In this document: positions 55,573 to 64,000 of the stretch, piece by piece
Layout: each line of letters starts with the position of its first letter
Position numbering within the stretch: position 1 is the first letter of the stretch
Source: an uncultured Verrucomicrobiae bacterium
GTDB lineage: Bacteria; Verrucomicrobiota; Verrucomicrobiia; Chthoniobacterales; JAATET01
Direction of reading: 5' to 3'
DNA length: 64,000 nt
NCBI GenBank assembly: GCA_963719495.1
Contig: CAVRCI010000002.1
Location: 384,001-448,000, forward strand
Made by a program: the position numbers and the translations under genes
The notes under the pieces: model-generated
Told to the model about the DNA's origin: nothing
Database searches by the model: none
Seen by the model: the letters and a program-made list of their open reading frames with translations, nothing else

Positions 55573-56358
55573 TCAATCCCAGACTTTCCACGGCGCTTTG
55601 CCGTCGGCCCAGAGGCGGTTGAGGAGGCCGAATTCGGCGTAGGTGTCCATTGGCTGCCAGAAACCTTGGTGTCGGAACGCGCCGAGCTGCCCGTCGGCGG
55701 TGAGGTTTTTCATAGGCTCGGCTTCGAGCATCACGGACGGATCGTCCGGGAGGTAGTCGAAGATCCGGCGATTGCAGACCATGTAGCCGCCATTGATGAA
55801 GCCGACTTCGGTCTGCGGTTTTTCGTTGAAGCCTTCGACAAGCCCTTCGGTGGAGATGCCGAGCTCGCCGAAGCGGCCCGGGGGATGGACGGCCGTGAGG
55901 GTGCAAGTCTTGCCCAAGCGGCGGTGGGTGTCGATGCTGGCGGGGAGGTCGACCGCGCCGACGCCGTCGCCGTAAGTGAGAAGAAATTCCTCGTCGTCCC
56001 CGAGGTAGTCTTTGACCAACCGGATCCGGTAGGCGGTCATGGAGTCTTCGCCGGTGTCGGCGAGAGTGACGGACCAATCTTCTTCGGTGTGGCGGGTGTG
56101 GAATTTCACCGACGGGTTGCGCCCGAGCATGAGGGTCGTGTCGCAGGTGTTCCAGAGGTAGTTCCGGAAGTAGTCCTTGATGATCTCGCCCTTGTAGCCG
56201 AGGCAGACAATGAACTCCTTGTGCCCATAGTGGGCGTAGGTCTTCATAATGTGCCAGAGGATCGGGCGGTTCCCGATCGGCACCATGGGCTTGGGGCGGT
56301 ATTCGGTTTCTTCCCGAAGCCGGGTTCCCTTGCCTCCACAGAGGATGATGACTTTCAT
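55573..56358 (-). CDS. rfbF: Glucose-1-phosphate cytidylyltransferase
   Basis: ILCGGKGTRLREETEYRPKPM, LGYKG, LTYGDG, INGG, GFWQPMDT, APWKVW. Confidence 0.95.
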   Translation of the reverse strand: MKVIILCGGKGTRLREETEYRPKPMVPIGNRPILWHIMKTYAHYGHKEFIVCLGYKGEIIKDYFRNYLWNTCDTTLMLGRNPSVKFHTRHTEEDWSVTLADTGEDSMTAYRIRLVKDYLGDDEEFLLTYGDGVGAVDLPASIDTHRRLGKTCTLTAVHPPGRFGELGISTEGLVEGFNEKPQTEVGFINGGYMVCNRRIFDYLPDDPSVMLEAEPMKNLTADGQLGAFRHQGFWQPMDTYAEFGLLNRLWADGKAPWKVWD

Positions 56359-56566
56359 GGTTTTTCGAAGGTTGGTCGGGTCGGCGTTGCCGATTACGAG
56401 GGCGACGAAAACAACGCGGTCGGCACTTGGGCAAGGAAAACTTTTCCGGTTGGCTGCTGGCGGCTTCCGATCTCCGCTTGCCAGGAGATTAGGCAAGTCG
56501 ACTGGCTACCCCGCTGCAAAGAAAGTGCGTGCGTGAACCCGTGGCTCGGTTATTTGTCCCCGTCCT

Positions 56567-58555
56567 ATGCGCGTCTCGGTAGCAATTCTGGTTGGACTGG
56601 CGGTGTTCTTCTGCCAAGTGGCGCACGGGGGCGCGCTTGTGCCGTTTCTGATGATCCCGAGTCTGGGGATCGTTTTTCTGGCACTGCTGGCCGCCGTCCC
56701 CGCGCAATTCCGCACTCCAGCGCCCCCCGTTCATTTGATTCTCGTCGGCGCAGCGCTGGCGGTTTACTCCGGTTGGCGTTGTTTCGTTTCGCCCGAAGAG
56801 GAGTCCGCTCGGATCGACCTGGGGATGATTCTGCTCTACGGCGGGGCCTGGCTGGCCGTCGCGATGGCCGTGACGAGCCGGGTGTCTCGCTATTGGTTGA
56901 TCGGCATGCTGCTCTTGGGAGGGCTCATCGAGGCGGGCTTCGCGACCATCCAGTCGACGCAAACGGACGGCTCGCTGATACCGTTTTGGTTCTCGGAGGA
57001 GCTTCGGGGTCTCTATTTCGGTCGGTTCGTCAACCGCCCGCGGGGTTTGTATCTCAACCCGAACCAGTTGGCCTGGGCGATGAACGTCACGGCGCTGCTG
57101 GCGCTCGGGTTGGGCACTTGGGGGAGGCTGCGGGCTGTGCCGCGAATCGTGGTGCTTTACCTGGCAGGGTTCTTTGTAGTGATGACGATTCTGACCGGGA
57201 GCCGAGGGGGCATCCTTTCGCTCGTTGTTGGGGTGTCGGTCTTCGCCGGCACGAGCTTGTTCGCGATCGGCGGGCTAGACCGGGCGCACCGCCTGAGAGC
57301 CATCCTGACGGGCGTGGCCGCGGCGGCGGTCGGGTTGGGGCTGTTGGCGTTCGTCTTCGCGCGCAACTGGGTGGCGCAAGGGCGCATCGATTCTTTGCTG
57401 GATCCCGATGTCCGGCTGGCGCTGGCTGAACATGCGGTCCGGGCTTTTCAACAGGAGCCGCTCACGGGGATTGGCGCAGGGCAGTATCGCTACTATGCGC
57501 GGCTCTTCCGCGAGTTCGGCGAGCACCGGGACGCCATCTTCGCGCATAGCGACTGGCTGCAATTCCTCGCGGAATACGGCTTCGTCGGGATCGCTCTCGT
57601 GTTCGTGTTTCTCGCGTTCTCGTTTCGCGCTGGTTGGCGGAATTTCTCAGGTTCGATCGAGGCTGCGATGCGGCAACGTGGGCGCGCGCTGAGCAACCGG
57701 GCGGGGATCGCGGTGGGTGCCGTCGCGGCGAGCGCGGCGTGCGTGGCGCACAGCGTCTTCGATTTCAATCTGCACATCGCCGCCAACGGGCTACTGGCGG
57801 CGGTGGTCTTCGGGTTGATGGCGGAGCCGTATCGGGACGCGATCCACGCCGGGACGGGGCGATTTTGGCTGGGTGGAGTGGGGCGGTCCGTCGCGGTCGT
57901 TTGCGTGCTCGCGAGCTTGGGCGGCTTTTTGTTTCGCTACGCGGCCTCGGATTACCATGGCTTGATCGCGACGAACGCGCTGATGAAGGGCAAAGCTGGA
58001 TTGGCGATCGAGCTGGCCGAGCGGGGACTCACGAGCCGCCCGGACGACCCCACACTCAACTTCGCCCTCGGCGAGGGCCACTTGGGCTACCAAGCCTCTT
58101 TGCGAATGAGGTCGATCGGGGATGACTCAACCGAGGACTTGATCATCGACGGCCCGGAAGTCGAGTTGCCAGGCGACGATGCCGGTTACGCGGCGGCGGG
58201 CGAGCTCTCGGAGGCGGAGTTCGTTCGTCGCCTGGGGGAGGCGGAGAGGTTTCTGGGGAAAGCGGTTGAGGCCCAGCCGCGGGAGCGGCTCTATCGCTTC
58301 GCGCTGGGCGGCGTCCTCGGCGAATCCGGCAAGTATCGGCGGGCGGCTGCGGAAATGAGGCGAGGCATCCGGTGGGATCCGGCTCATGGATCGTCGTGGG
58401 GTGTCTTCGCGGAAATGGAAGAATCGCGGGATCGTTTGCGCTCGGCTCTGCGTCTTTACGAGATCGGAGCGGTCCTGAGCGGAGGGGAGGCGAACCTCTG
58501 GGCGGTGGAGGATCTGCGGGAGGAAATCGCCTCGGAACAGCAGGATTCCGAATGA
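56567..58555 (+). CDS. O-antigen ligase family protein with C-terminal TPR-like repeats
   Basis: GLYLNPNQLA, TGSRGG, GIGAGQY, AHSDWLQFLAEYG, HSVFDFNLH; helical C-terminal region. Confidence 0.85.
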   Translation: MRVSVAILVGLAVFFCQVAHGGALVPFLMIPSLGIVFLALLAAVPAQFRTPAPPVHLILVGAALAVYSGWRCFVSPEEESARIDLGMILLYGGAWLAVAMAVTSRVSRYWLIGMLLLGGLIEAGFATIQSTQTDGSLIPFWFSEELRGLYFGRFVNRPRGLYLNPNQLAWAMNVTALLALGLGTWGRLRAVPRIVVLYLAGFFVVMTILTGSRGGILSLVVGVSVFAGTSLFAIGGLDRAHRLRAILTGVAAAAVGLGLLAFVFARNWVAQGRIDSLLDPDVRLALAEHAVRAFQQEPLTGIGAGQYRYYARLFREFGEHRDAIFAHSDWLQFLAEYGFVGIALVFVFLAFSFRAGWRNFSGSIEAAMRQRGRALSNRAGIAVGAVAASAACVAHSVFDFNLHIAANGLLAAVVFGLMAEPYRDAIHAGTGRFWLGGVGRSVAVVCVLASLGGFLFRYAASDYHGLIATNALMKGKAGLAIELAERGLTSRPDDPTLNFALGEGHLGYQASLRMRSIGDDSTEDLIIDGPEVELPGDDAGYAAAGELSEAEFVRRLGEAERFLGKAVEAQPRERLYRFALGGVLGESGKYRRAAAEMRRGIRWDPAHGSSWGVFAEMEESRDRLRSALRLYEIGAVLSGGEANLWAVEDLREEIASEQQDSE

Positions 58556-60141
58556 ATCCTCCGATCATCCTCCTTCGCCTGCTCGTGGTCGCCGCACTAG
58601 TATTGACCGTTCACGCGCAGACTCCGGGCTTGGAGAACACCGTCGTCGACCTGACCTCGGATTTGGGTCCAGCGCCGACGCCGATCCCGCGACCGACACC
58701 GCAGGCCCAGCCGCCGACCGCCCCGACCGCCCCGACCGCCACTCTCCGACCGACAGTTGTCCCGGAACCCGTCCCTCAGGAGGCCTTCGTGGTGCCCGCA
58801 CCCACGGTCGATCCGGTGCGACCGGCTGTGACGCCGAGATTACCGATTCCGCTCGATTCCTCCCTCGCGGCGTCCCGTCCGACGACCGTCGATTCAATCA
58901 GCCCGGAACTCACGGTGCCCGGGCTGTCCGTCCCGATCGAGTCGGCGGTGGAGGCCAACGCGGTTCTCGTGGACGAAGAAGGTGACTTCCTGGCCGACAC
59001 GGGCAGCTCGCTCTTAAACTTCATCTCCCCGACCGACCCCAACGGTCGCGACAACTTCACGGTTTCGGTCGGCACGTCCCTTGGTTACGACACGAATGTC
59101 CTCTATTCGCCGAATCAGAAGATCGCCAGCGCGACGGCTACCCTTTCCGGAAGCCTCGGTTTCGCTGGGGGGACGCCGAGGTTCGAAGTGCGGACCCGGC
59201 TGGACCTGCGGAGCACGAATTATCAGGAGCGACCGGGCGGGAAACAGGATAATTCGGTACTATTTTCTCTCGGAGCCCGCTATCAGGCGCAGGAGCGGCT
59301 GGTTCTCGATCTTACGACGGTCGCTGGGTATCAGTCCGTCCCTGATACCCAATTGCTTGGCGGTTCGTTTGCCCTGAACGGAAGCTTTCTTTTCGCGGAT
59401 TTGCGGCTCTCCGCGACCTACCAACTCCGGCCGCGACTCTCCCTGTCCTTCGCCTATTCCTTCAACTCGATCAAATATGACGACGAGATCGTCGACCGAC
59501 AGTCGGGCTTCACCTCCCAGGTTTTCTCGCTCAGTACGAATTATTTGCTTTCACCGACGACAAGTTTCCTCACCGAATACCGCTACAATCCGGTTAGCTA
59601 CTCGGCACCAGGGCAGGCGACCACGGGTCAGATCTTCCTGGTTGGGCTGAGTCGCAGCTTTAGCCCGCGATTCAATGCGACGATGCGGGCGGGTGCTGAA
59701 TTTCGAGCTATCGAGAATCCCAACACCGACCTCGACGCGCCCACGGAATACATCGGACCGTTCGTCGAGGGCGAAGCCAACTACAATCTCGGGCTGGATT
59801 CCGAGCTCATCTCGACCCTCCGCTTCGGAACCGAGCCATCCGGCGTTTCGGGTATCACGATTCGACAGTCTTTCCGGATGAGTCTGGGTATCGAGAAAGC
59901 AATTGGGAAACGGCTGTCGGCCCGGGCTTCGGTTAATTTTCTACGCGATAACTTCGACCAACCTGGGTTGGCACCCGACAGCACTCAGGACGTTTATTCC
60001 GGGATTCTCACCCTCCGCTACCAGTTCAACCCCTCGATCGCCACCGTCTTGTCCTACGATTATCTGCTGTTCAAATCAAGCGTGCAGGATGCGGACTACG
60101 ATCGAAGTTTCAGCTCCTTCGGGCTCGAAGTAAACTTCTGA
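58552..60141 (+). CDS. Outer membrane beta-barrel protein (EPS-locus associated) with Pro-rich N-terminal region
   Basis: Signal peptide, Pro/Thr-rich linker, GYDTNV start of barrel, alternating strands, terminal ..GLEVNF Phe. Confidence 0.8.
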   Translation: MNPPIILLRLLVVAALVLTVHAQTPGLENTVVDLTSDLGPAPTPIPRPTPQAQPPTAPTAPTATLRPTVVPEPVPQEAFVVPAPTVDPVRPAVTPRLPIPLDSSLAASRPTTVDSISPELTVPGLSVPIESAVEANAVLVDEEGDFLADTGSSLLNFISPTDPNGRDNFTVSVGTSLGYDTNVLYSPNQKIASATATLSGSLGFAGGTPRFEVRTRLDLRSTNYQERPGGKQDNSVLFSLGARYQAQERLVLDLTTVAGYQSVPDTQLLGGSFALNGSFLFADLRLSATYQLRPRLSLSFAYSFNSIKYDDEIVDRQSGFTSQVFSLSTNYLLSPTTSFLTEYRYNPVSYSAPGQATTGQIFLVGLSRSFSPRFNATMRAGAEFRAIENPNTDLDAPTEYIGPFVEGEANYNLGLDSELISTLRFGTEPSGVSGITIRQSFRMSLGIEKAIGKRLSARASVNFLRDNFDQPGLAPDSTQDVYSGILTLRYQFNPSIATVLSYDYLLFKSSVQDADYDRSFSSFGLEVNF

Positions 60142-60155
60142 CCACGGTGCGGACA

Positions 60156-61418
60156 CAGGGCCGACGCATCAAAAAAGATCGCGATGGAGGAAGTTTGGGC
60201 TGGTACTATATTTTCCCGTGCGTAGATGGAGGAGATGCCCGAAACGCATCCCATCCAAAAAAGCCTGATCGAAGAGTTCAAACGCATAGAAGATCCGCGA
60301 GTATCGCGCACTCGCTACCATGAGTTGAGCGACATTCTAGTGATCGCGATCTCGACGCTTTTGTGCGCGGGCACGTCTTTCTACGACATGGAAGAGTTCG
60401 GTCGGGCCAAGGAAAAATGGTTCCGAACGTTTCTGAAGTTGCCCAACGGCATCCCCAGCCACGACACGTTCAATCGCGTGTTTTCGCTGATCAATCCGGC
60501 GAGTTTTCACGAGTGCTTCATGAGGTGGACGCAGAGCGTGCGCGAACACATCGACCGGGAAATCGTCGCCGTCGACGGCAAAGCCCTCCGCGCAGCCTGC
60601 CAGGACGGCGGGAATGTGCGCTTCATCGTCAATGCTTGGGCAACCAGCAATCGACTTGTCCTGGGGCAGCTCGAAGTGCCCGACAAAACCAACGAAATCA
60701 CGGCGGTTCCCACGCTGCTGCGAGCGTTGGAACTGCGTGGCTGCATCGTGAGCACCGACGCGATGGGGTGCCAGAAAGAGATCGCCCGAGAAATCATCGA
60801 GGCCGACGCCGATTACGTTCTCGCTCTCAAAGGCAATCACCAAACCGTCCATGAGGAAGTCAAAAGCTTCCTCGATGCCGAATTTGATCGCGAGCTCCAG
60901 AGCCCTCCAGTGCCCAAACCATCCACGAAGAAACCACCAAGCGCTCCCACTTTCGCATTCCTGGAAACCGTCGACAAAGGCCACGGGCGCTTGGAAATCC
61001 GGCGCTATTTCCAAAGCGTCGCCATCGACTGGTTCGCAGACATCAGCCAATGGGAAGGGCTGCAGAGCGTCGGAATGGTCGAATCCAGCCGCGAAATCAA
61101 AGGTCAAATCAGCGTGGAAAGACGCTACTTCCTGAGCAGCCTGCCCCTCGACGTCGGACTTTTCGCTCAAGCCGTCCGTGGACATTGGGGCGTGGAAAAC
61201 TCCTGCCACTGGGTCTTGGACGTCATCCTGCGCGAAGATGGTTCCCGCGCTCGAACCGCTCACGCCGCCGAGAATCTCGCCACCCTGCGCCGCCTCGCCC
61301 TAAACCTGCTCTCTCGCGAAAAGTCCAAAAAACGCAGCATCAAGACCAAACAACTCGTCGCAGCCTGGGATCACGACTTCCTCCTGCACCTCCTCAATTT
61401 TTAGATGCGTCGGCCCTG
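60156..61418 (+). mobile_element. ISAs1 family insertion sequence (1263 bp)
   Basis: Terminal IRs CAGGGCCGACGCATC (60156-60170, 61404-61418) and 10-bp target duplication GGTGCGGACA (60146-60155, 61419-61428). Confidence 0.95.
60226..61404 (+). CDS. ISAs1 family DDE transposase
   Basis: DPR, GIPSHDTFNRV, AVDGK, KTNEITA, TDAMGCQ, YVLALKGN, HGRLEIR, VRGHWGVEN.HW.LDV..ED. Confidence 0.95.
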   Translation: MEEMPETHPIQKSLIEEFKRIEDPRVSRTRYHELSDILVIAISTLLCAGTSFYDMEEFGRAKEKWFRTFLKLPNGIPSHDTFNRVFSLINPASFHECFMRWTQSVREHIDREIVAVDGKALRAACQDGGNVRFIVNAWATSNRLVLGQLEVPDKTNEITAVPTLLRALELRGCIVSTDAMGCQKEIAREIIEADADYVLALKGNHQTVHEEVKSFLDAEFDRELQSPPVPKPSTKKPPSAPTFAFLETVDKGHGRLEIRRYFQSVAIDWFADISQWEGLQSVGMVESSREIKGQISVERRYFLSSLPLDVGLFAQAVRGHWGVENSCHWVLDVILREDGSRARTAHAAENLATLRRLALNLLSREKSKKRSIKTKQLVAAWDHDFLLHLLNF

Positions 61419-61481
61419 GGTGCGGACAGGTGTCCCGTTGACACAGCCGACGAACGCCACTACCTACTTAACTCCCGCTAT

Positions 61482-63656
61482 ATGAGTGTAGGTCCGAAGC
61501 CATCCGAGAATCAGCAGGTCCATTTTTTCGATTACCTCCGGGTCGTCGCAGTTCGGTGGCCGATTATTTTAGTAATATTTTTACTGGTCGTCACGACCAC
61601 CGGCGTCCTGACGTATCTAATGCCGCGACAGTATCTAGCGAACGCCCTGATCCAAGTTCAGCAGAACGCCGATTTCGAAATTTTTCAGCGAAGTTCGGGT
61701 TCCATGGGGGTCGATCCCCGGTTTACTTCGACTCAGTTCGAGATCATCAAGAGTAAGGAAATTCTAGATCCAGTGATCGAAGAGCTTGGGCTGGCCGCCA
61801 AGTGGGCGGAGGAATACGAACTGCGTTCCCCCGCGCTCATCGCTCGAAAATTGGACAGCATGCTCGGCCTCGAGGAGGTCCGAAACACCGATCTCATCTC
61901 GATCTCGGTGCTGAGCCCGGAGAAGGCGGAGGCCGCTCTCATCGCGAATACCATCGCCGACCAGTATCAAAAGGCTCGGATCCGCGAGCAGCAGCAGTGG
62001 GTCTCTCGATCGCTCGCGACCCTTGAGGCCGAGGTCGAAAAGCAGCGCAGCAAGACCGAGAAATTTCGGCAGCTGGCCGCGGAGATTCGGGTTAAATATT
62101 CCATCAATGATCTCAATCCAGAGAGCTCCGAGGGCGAGATGCAGGCCAGCGAGCGAGTGCTGCTCTCCGTCGAGCAGGACGTTTCGACCCAACGCCTGCA
62201 GACGGCGTCGCTTCGGGCCAAATACCGGCAGCTTTCGCAGATGACGGACGACCAGATCATGCGAAGCGTGGCGACGCTCGAGATCGAGGATTCGACCATC
62301 TTGCAGATTCTCCCCCTCTATCAGGAGTCCGCATCCGAAGAGGCCCGCCTACTCAACGAGGGACTCGGCGAAAATCACCCAACGGTCAAATCGCAGCGAG
62401 CGAAGAAAGCCACTTATTGGGAGCAATTGACCAGTCAGATCGCCAGCCTTCGGACCGCCCTTGCCGTGAACCTCGCCATCGAAGAGGAGTCCCTCTCGAA
62501 CCTCGAAGAAAAGCTGAATGAGACTCGGGACGATCAGCAAAGCACGAAAACCCGGTCGGCCCAATATTCCGAAGCGAAGAACAACTACATCCAAGCCAAA
62601 AACGTCCTGGAAGCCGCGGAGACCCGCTTCTGGACGGAATCCATGCAGCGCAGCATGCCGCTGAACCCGGCCATCATTTGGAGTCGGGCCGACGTGCCGG
62701 AGTTCCCGGCGCGGCCGCGGATCTACCTCAACATGGCGCTAGGAATCTTCTTCGGGATGATCGTCGGCGTCGGTGTCGCCTTCTTCATCGAATACCTCGA
62801 CACCAGCGTGAAGACGATGGAGGACATCGAGCGCTACTTCGAGCTTCCCGTCCTGGCCGTCGTCCCTAAGGGCACCGGGATCCTCATGGACCTTCCGCCC
62901 GACGCGATGGACGCCGAGCCGTATCGAATTCTCCGCACGAACATCGAGTTCAACCGCAAGGCATCGAACGCCAAGATCATCACGCTGGTCAGCGGCGGCG
63001 CGGGCGAAGGGAAATCGACCACGCTCTCCAACCTCGCTTACACGTTCGCCCAATCCGGCTTGAAAACGCTAATCCTCGACGCCGATCTCCGTCGTCCTTC
63101 GCAGCACCGGATTTTCGGTTTTTCCAACTCCAGAGGTTTGACCGACTACCTCTCCAAGGGAGTGCTAATCGACGATCTCGTCATGGACACCAAGGTAGAG
63201 AATCTTCAACTCGTCCCGAGTGGCAAATTGCCCGCAGGTGCGATCGCGATGCTGAACTCCCGCCGCATGGCGGATCTCCTCGCCGAACTGCGCGAGAAAT
63301 TCGACATGGTTCTGGTCGACGCACCGCCAATCCTGGGCGTCAGCGACTCGTCGGTGATCGTCCGCTCCGTCGACATGACCGCCATCGTGATCCAGCACCG
63401 TCGCTTCCCGCGCGCGATGCTTGTCCGCGTGAAGGACGCCGTCCTGTCAGTCGGCGGTAATCTCCTTGGCGCCGTCCTTAACAACGTCGATATCCGGATG
63501 GACCAGTATTACCAATACCAGACCAACTATTATTCCTACCACGAAGAGGGTGGACGCGGAACCGGCGGAAGCCCGAAGCCGCCGCCAAAGAAAGCGGCGC
63601 CGAATCGCCGCGAACAATTGGTCGCAACGAAGCCGACCAGCTCAGGGGACTACTGA
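61482..63656 (+). CDS. wzc: Polysaccharide co-polymerase / BY-kinase (Wzc-like)
   Basis: Two TMs around a coiled-coil periplasmic region, Walker A GEGKST, DADLRRP, VDAPP, C-terminal Tyr cluster QYYQYQTNYYSY. Confidence 0.92.
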   Translation: MSVGPKPSENQQVHFFDYLRVVAVRWPIILVIFLLVVTTTGVLTYLMPRQYLANALIQVQQNADFEIFQRSSGSMGVDPRFTSTQFEIIKSKEILDPVIEELGLAAKWAEEYELRSPALIARKLDSMLGLEEVRNTDLISISVLSPEKAEAALIANTIADQYQKARIREQQQWVSRSLATLEAEVEKQRSKTEKFRQLAAEIRVKYSINDLNPESSEGEMQASERVLLSVEQDVSTQRLQTASLRAKYRQLSQMTDDQIMRSVATLEIEDSTILQILPLYQESASEEARLLNEGLGENHPTVKSQRAKKATYWEQLTSQIASLRTALAVNLAIEEESLSNLEEKLNETRDDQQSTKTRSAQYSEAKNNYIQAKNVLEAAETRFWTESMQRSMPLNPAIIWSRADVPEFPARPRIYLNMALGIFFGMIVGVGVAFFIEYLDTSVKTMEDIERYFELPVLAVVPKGTGILMDLPPDAMDAEPYRILRTNIEFNRKASNAKIITLVSGGAGEGKSTTLSNLAYTFAQSGLKTLILDADLRRPSQHRIFGFSNSRGLTDYLSKGVLIDDLVMDTKVENLQLVPSGKLPAGAIAMLNSRRMADLLAELREKFDMVLVDAPPILGVSDSSVIVRSVDMTAIVIQHRRFPRAMLVRVKDAVLSVGGNLLGAVLNNVDIRMDQYYQYQTNYYSYHEEGGRGTGGSPKPPPKKAAPNRREQLVATKPTSSGDY

Positions 63657-63657
63657 T

Positions 63658-64000
63658 ATGAATTTCGTGATCGCGCCGCTCCGTTTCTGGTCGCCAACCC
63701 TCGCGCCCACGGTGTTCATCTCGCTGGTTGTCAGCCTCGGAGGATGCCAATCCACCAAGACCGAAGTCCCCATCTTGGATGTTGTGCGCGTTCAAGACGG
63801 AGCGGCGGGCGACGCCGTCTACCGCGGGATTCGTCTACGGACGGGCGACTTGGTCGAAATCCGGCTCGGCGGGGTGCCTCCGGATGAGACGGTTCAGGTC
63901 AACGGCGTCTACACCGTCGACAGCGAAGGCAACGTGAATATGCCCCAGATCGGCTCCGTCAGAGCCCAAGGGGAGACTCAGCAGCAACTTCAATCGGCGA
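63658..64000 (+). CDS. wza: Polysaccharide export lipoprotein (Wza/OPX family), partial
   Basis: Own translation: lipobox-like SLGGC, then LRTGDLVEIRL..YTVDSEGNVNMPQIGSVRAQGET Poly_export motif; runs off the window. Confidence 0.8.
   Translation, partial: MNFVIAPLRFWSPTLAPTVFISLVVSLGGCQSTKTEVPILDVVRVQDGAAGDAVYRGIRLRTGDLVEIRLGGVPPDETVQVNGVYTVDSEGNVNMPQIGSVRAQGETQQQLQSA

Noticed and set aside
58722..58741. Short CCGACCGCC tandem repeat in the beta-barrel gene
   Set aside because: Encodes a PTA linker repeat; ordinary low-complexity coding sequence.
61050..61481. Apparent transposase-Wzc fusion or N-terminal extension in the 868-aa ORF
   Set aside because: The upstream part is an off-frame read of the IS; the Wzc-like sequence starts at ATG 61482.

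Overview
High-GC bacterial chromosome segment. Gene content (leader-type pseudopilins, split exosortase/EpsI, topoisomerase III next to dprA) suggests Verrucomicrobiota/PVC, which is an inference. Left to right: def (partial)-exbD-exbB, a small conserved protein with an adjacent PIN-domain remnant, topB-dprA, a Uma2 endonuclease, a type II secretion cluster (G-H-I-J-K-L-M-C/N-like-D-E-F), a 2H phosphoesterase, an ABC1/UbiB kinase, a CDF transporter, dapF-dapA-dapB-folK-panB, and a purine/ureide catabolism block (ureidoglycine aminohydrolase, plant-UAH-like amidohydrolase, single-chain xanthine dehydrogenase, adenine deaminase). A ~28 kb exosortase-linked surface polysaccharide region follows (TagA-type GT, GME-like epimerase, glf, GTs, Wzy, Wzx, CDP-3,6-dideoxyhexose/tyvelose pathway, ligase-like protein, OM beta-barrel, Wzc, partial Wza), with an intact ISAs1 and its 10-bp target duplication. 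Most notable unexplained structure: (1) a GxxExxY nuclease-like gene boxed by two direct and one inverted copy of a 9-nt-periodic 31-bp repeat, with related cassettes and solo copies elsewhere; (2) several REP-like and heptamer repeat families, some read in frame inside proteins (xanthine dehydrogenase linkers, pseudopilin leader); (3) a PemK/MazF-like domain apparently fused to the N-terminus of RfbH. No rRNA, tRNA or CRISPR array was seen.
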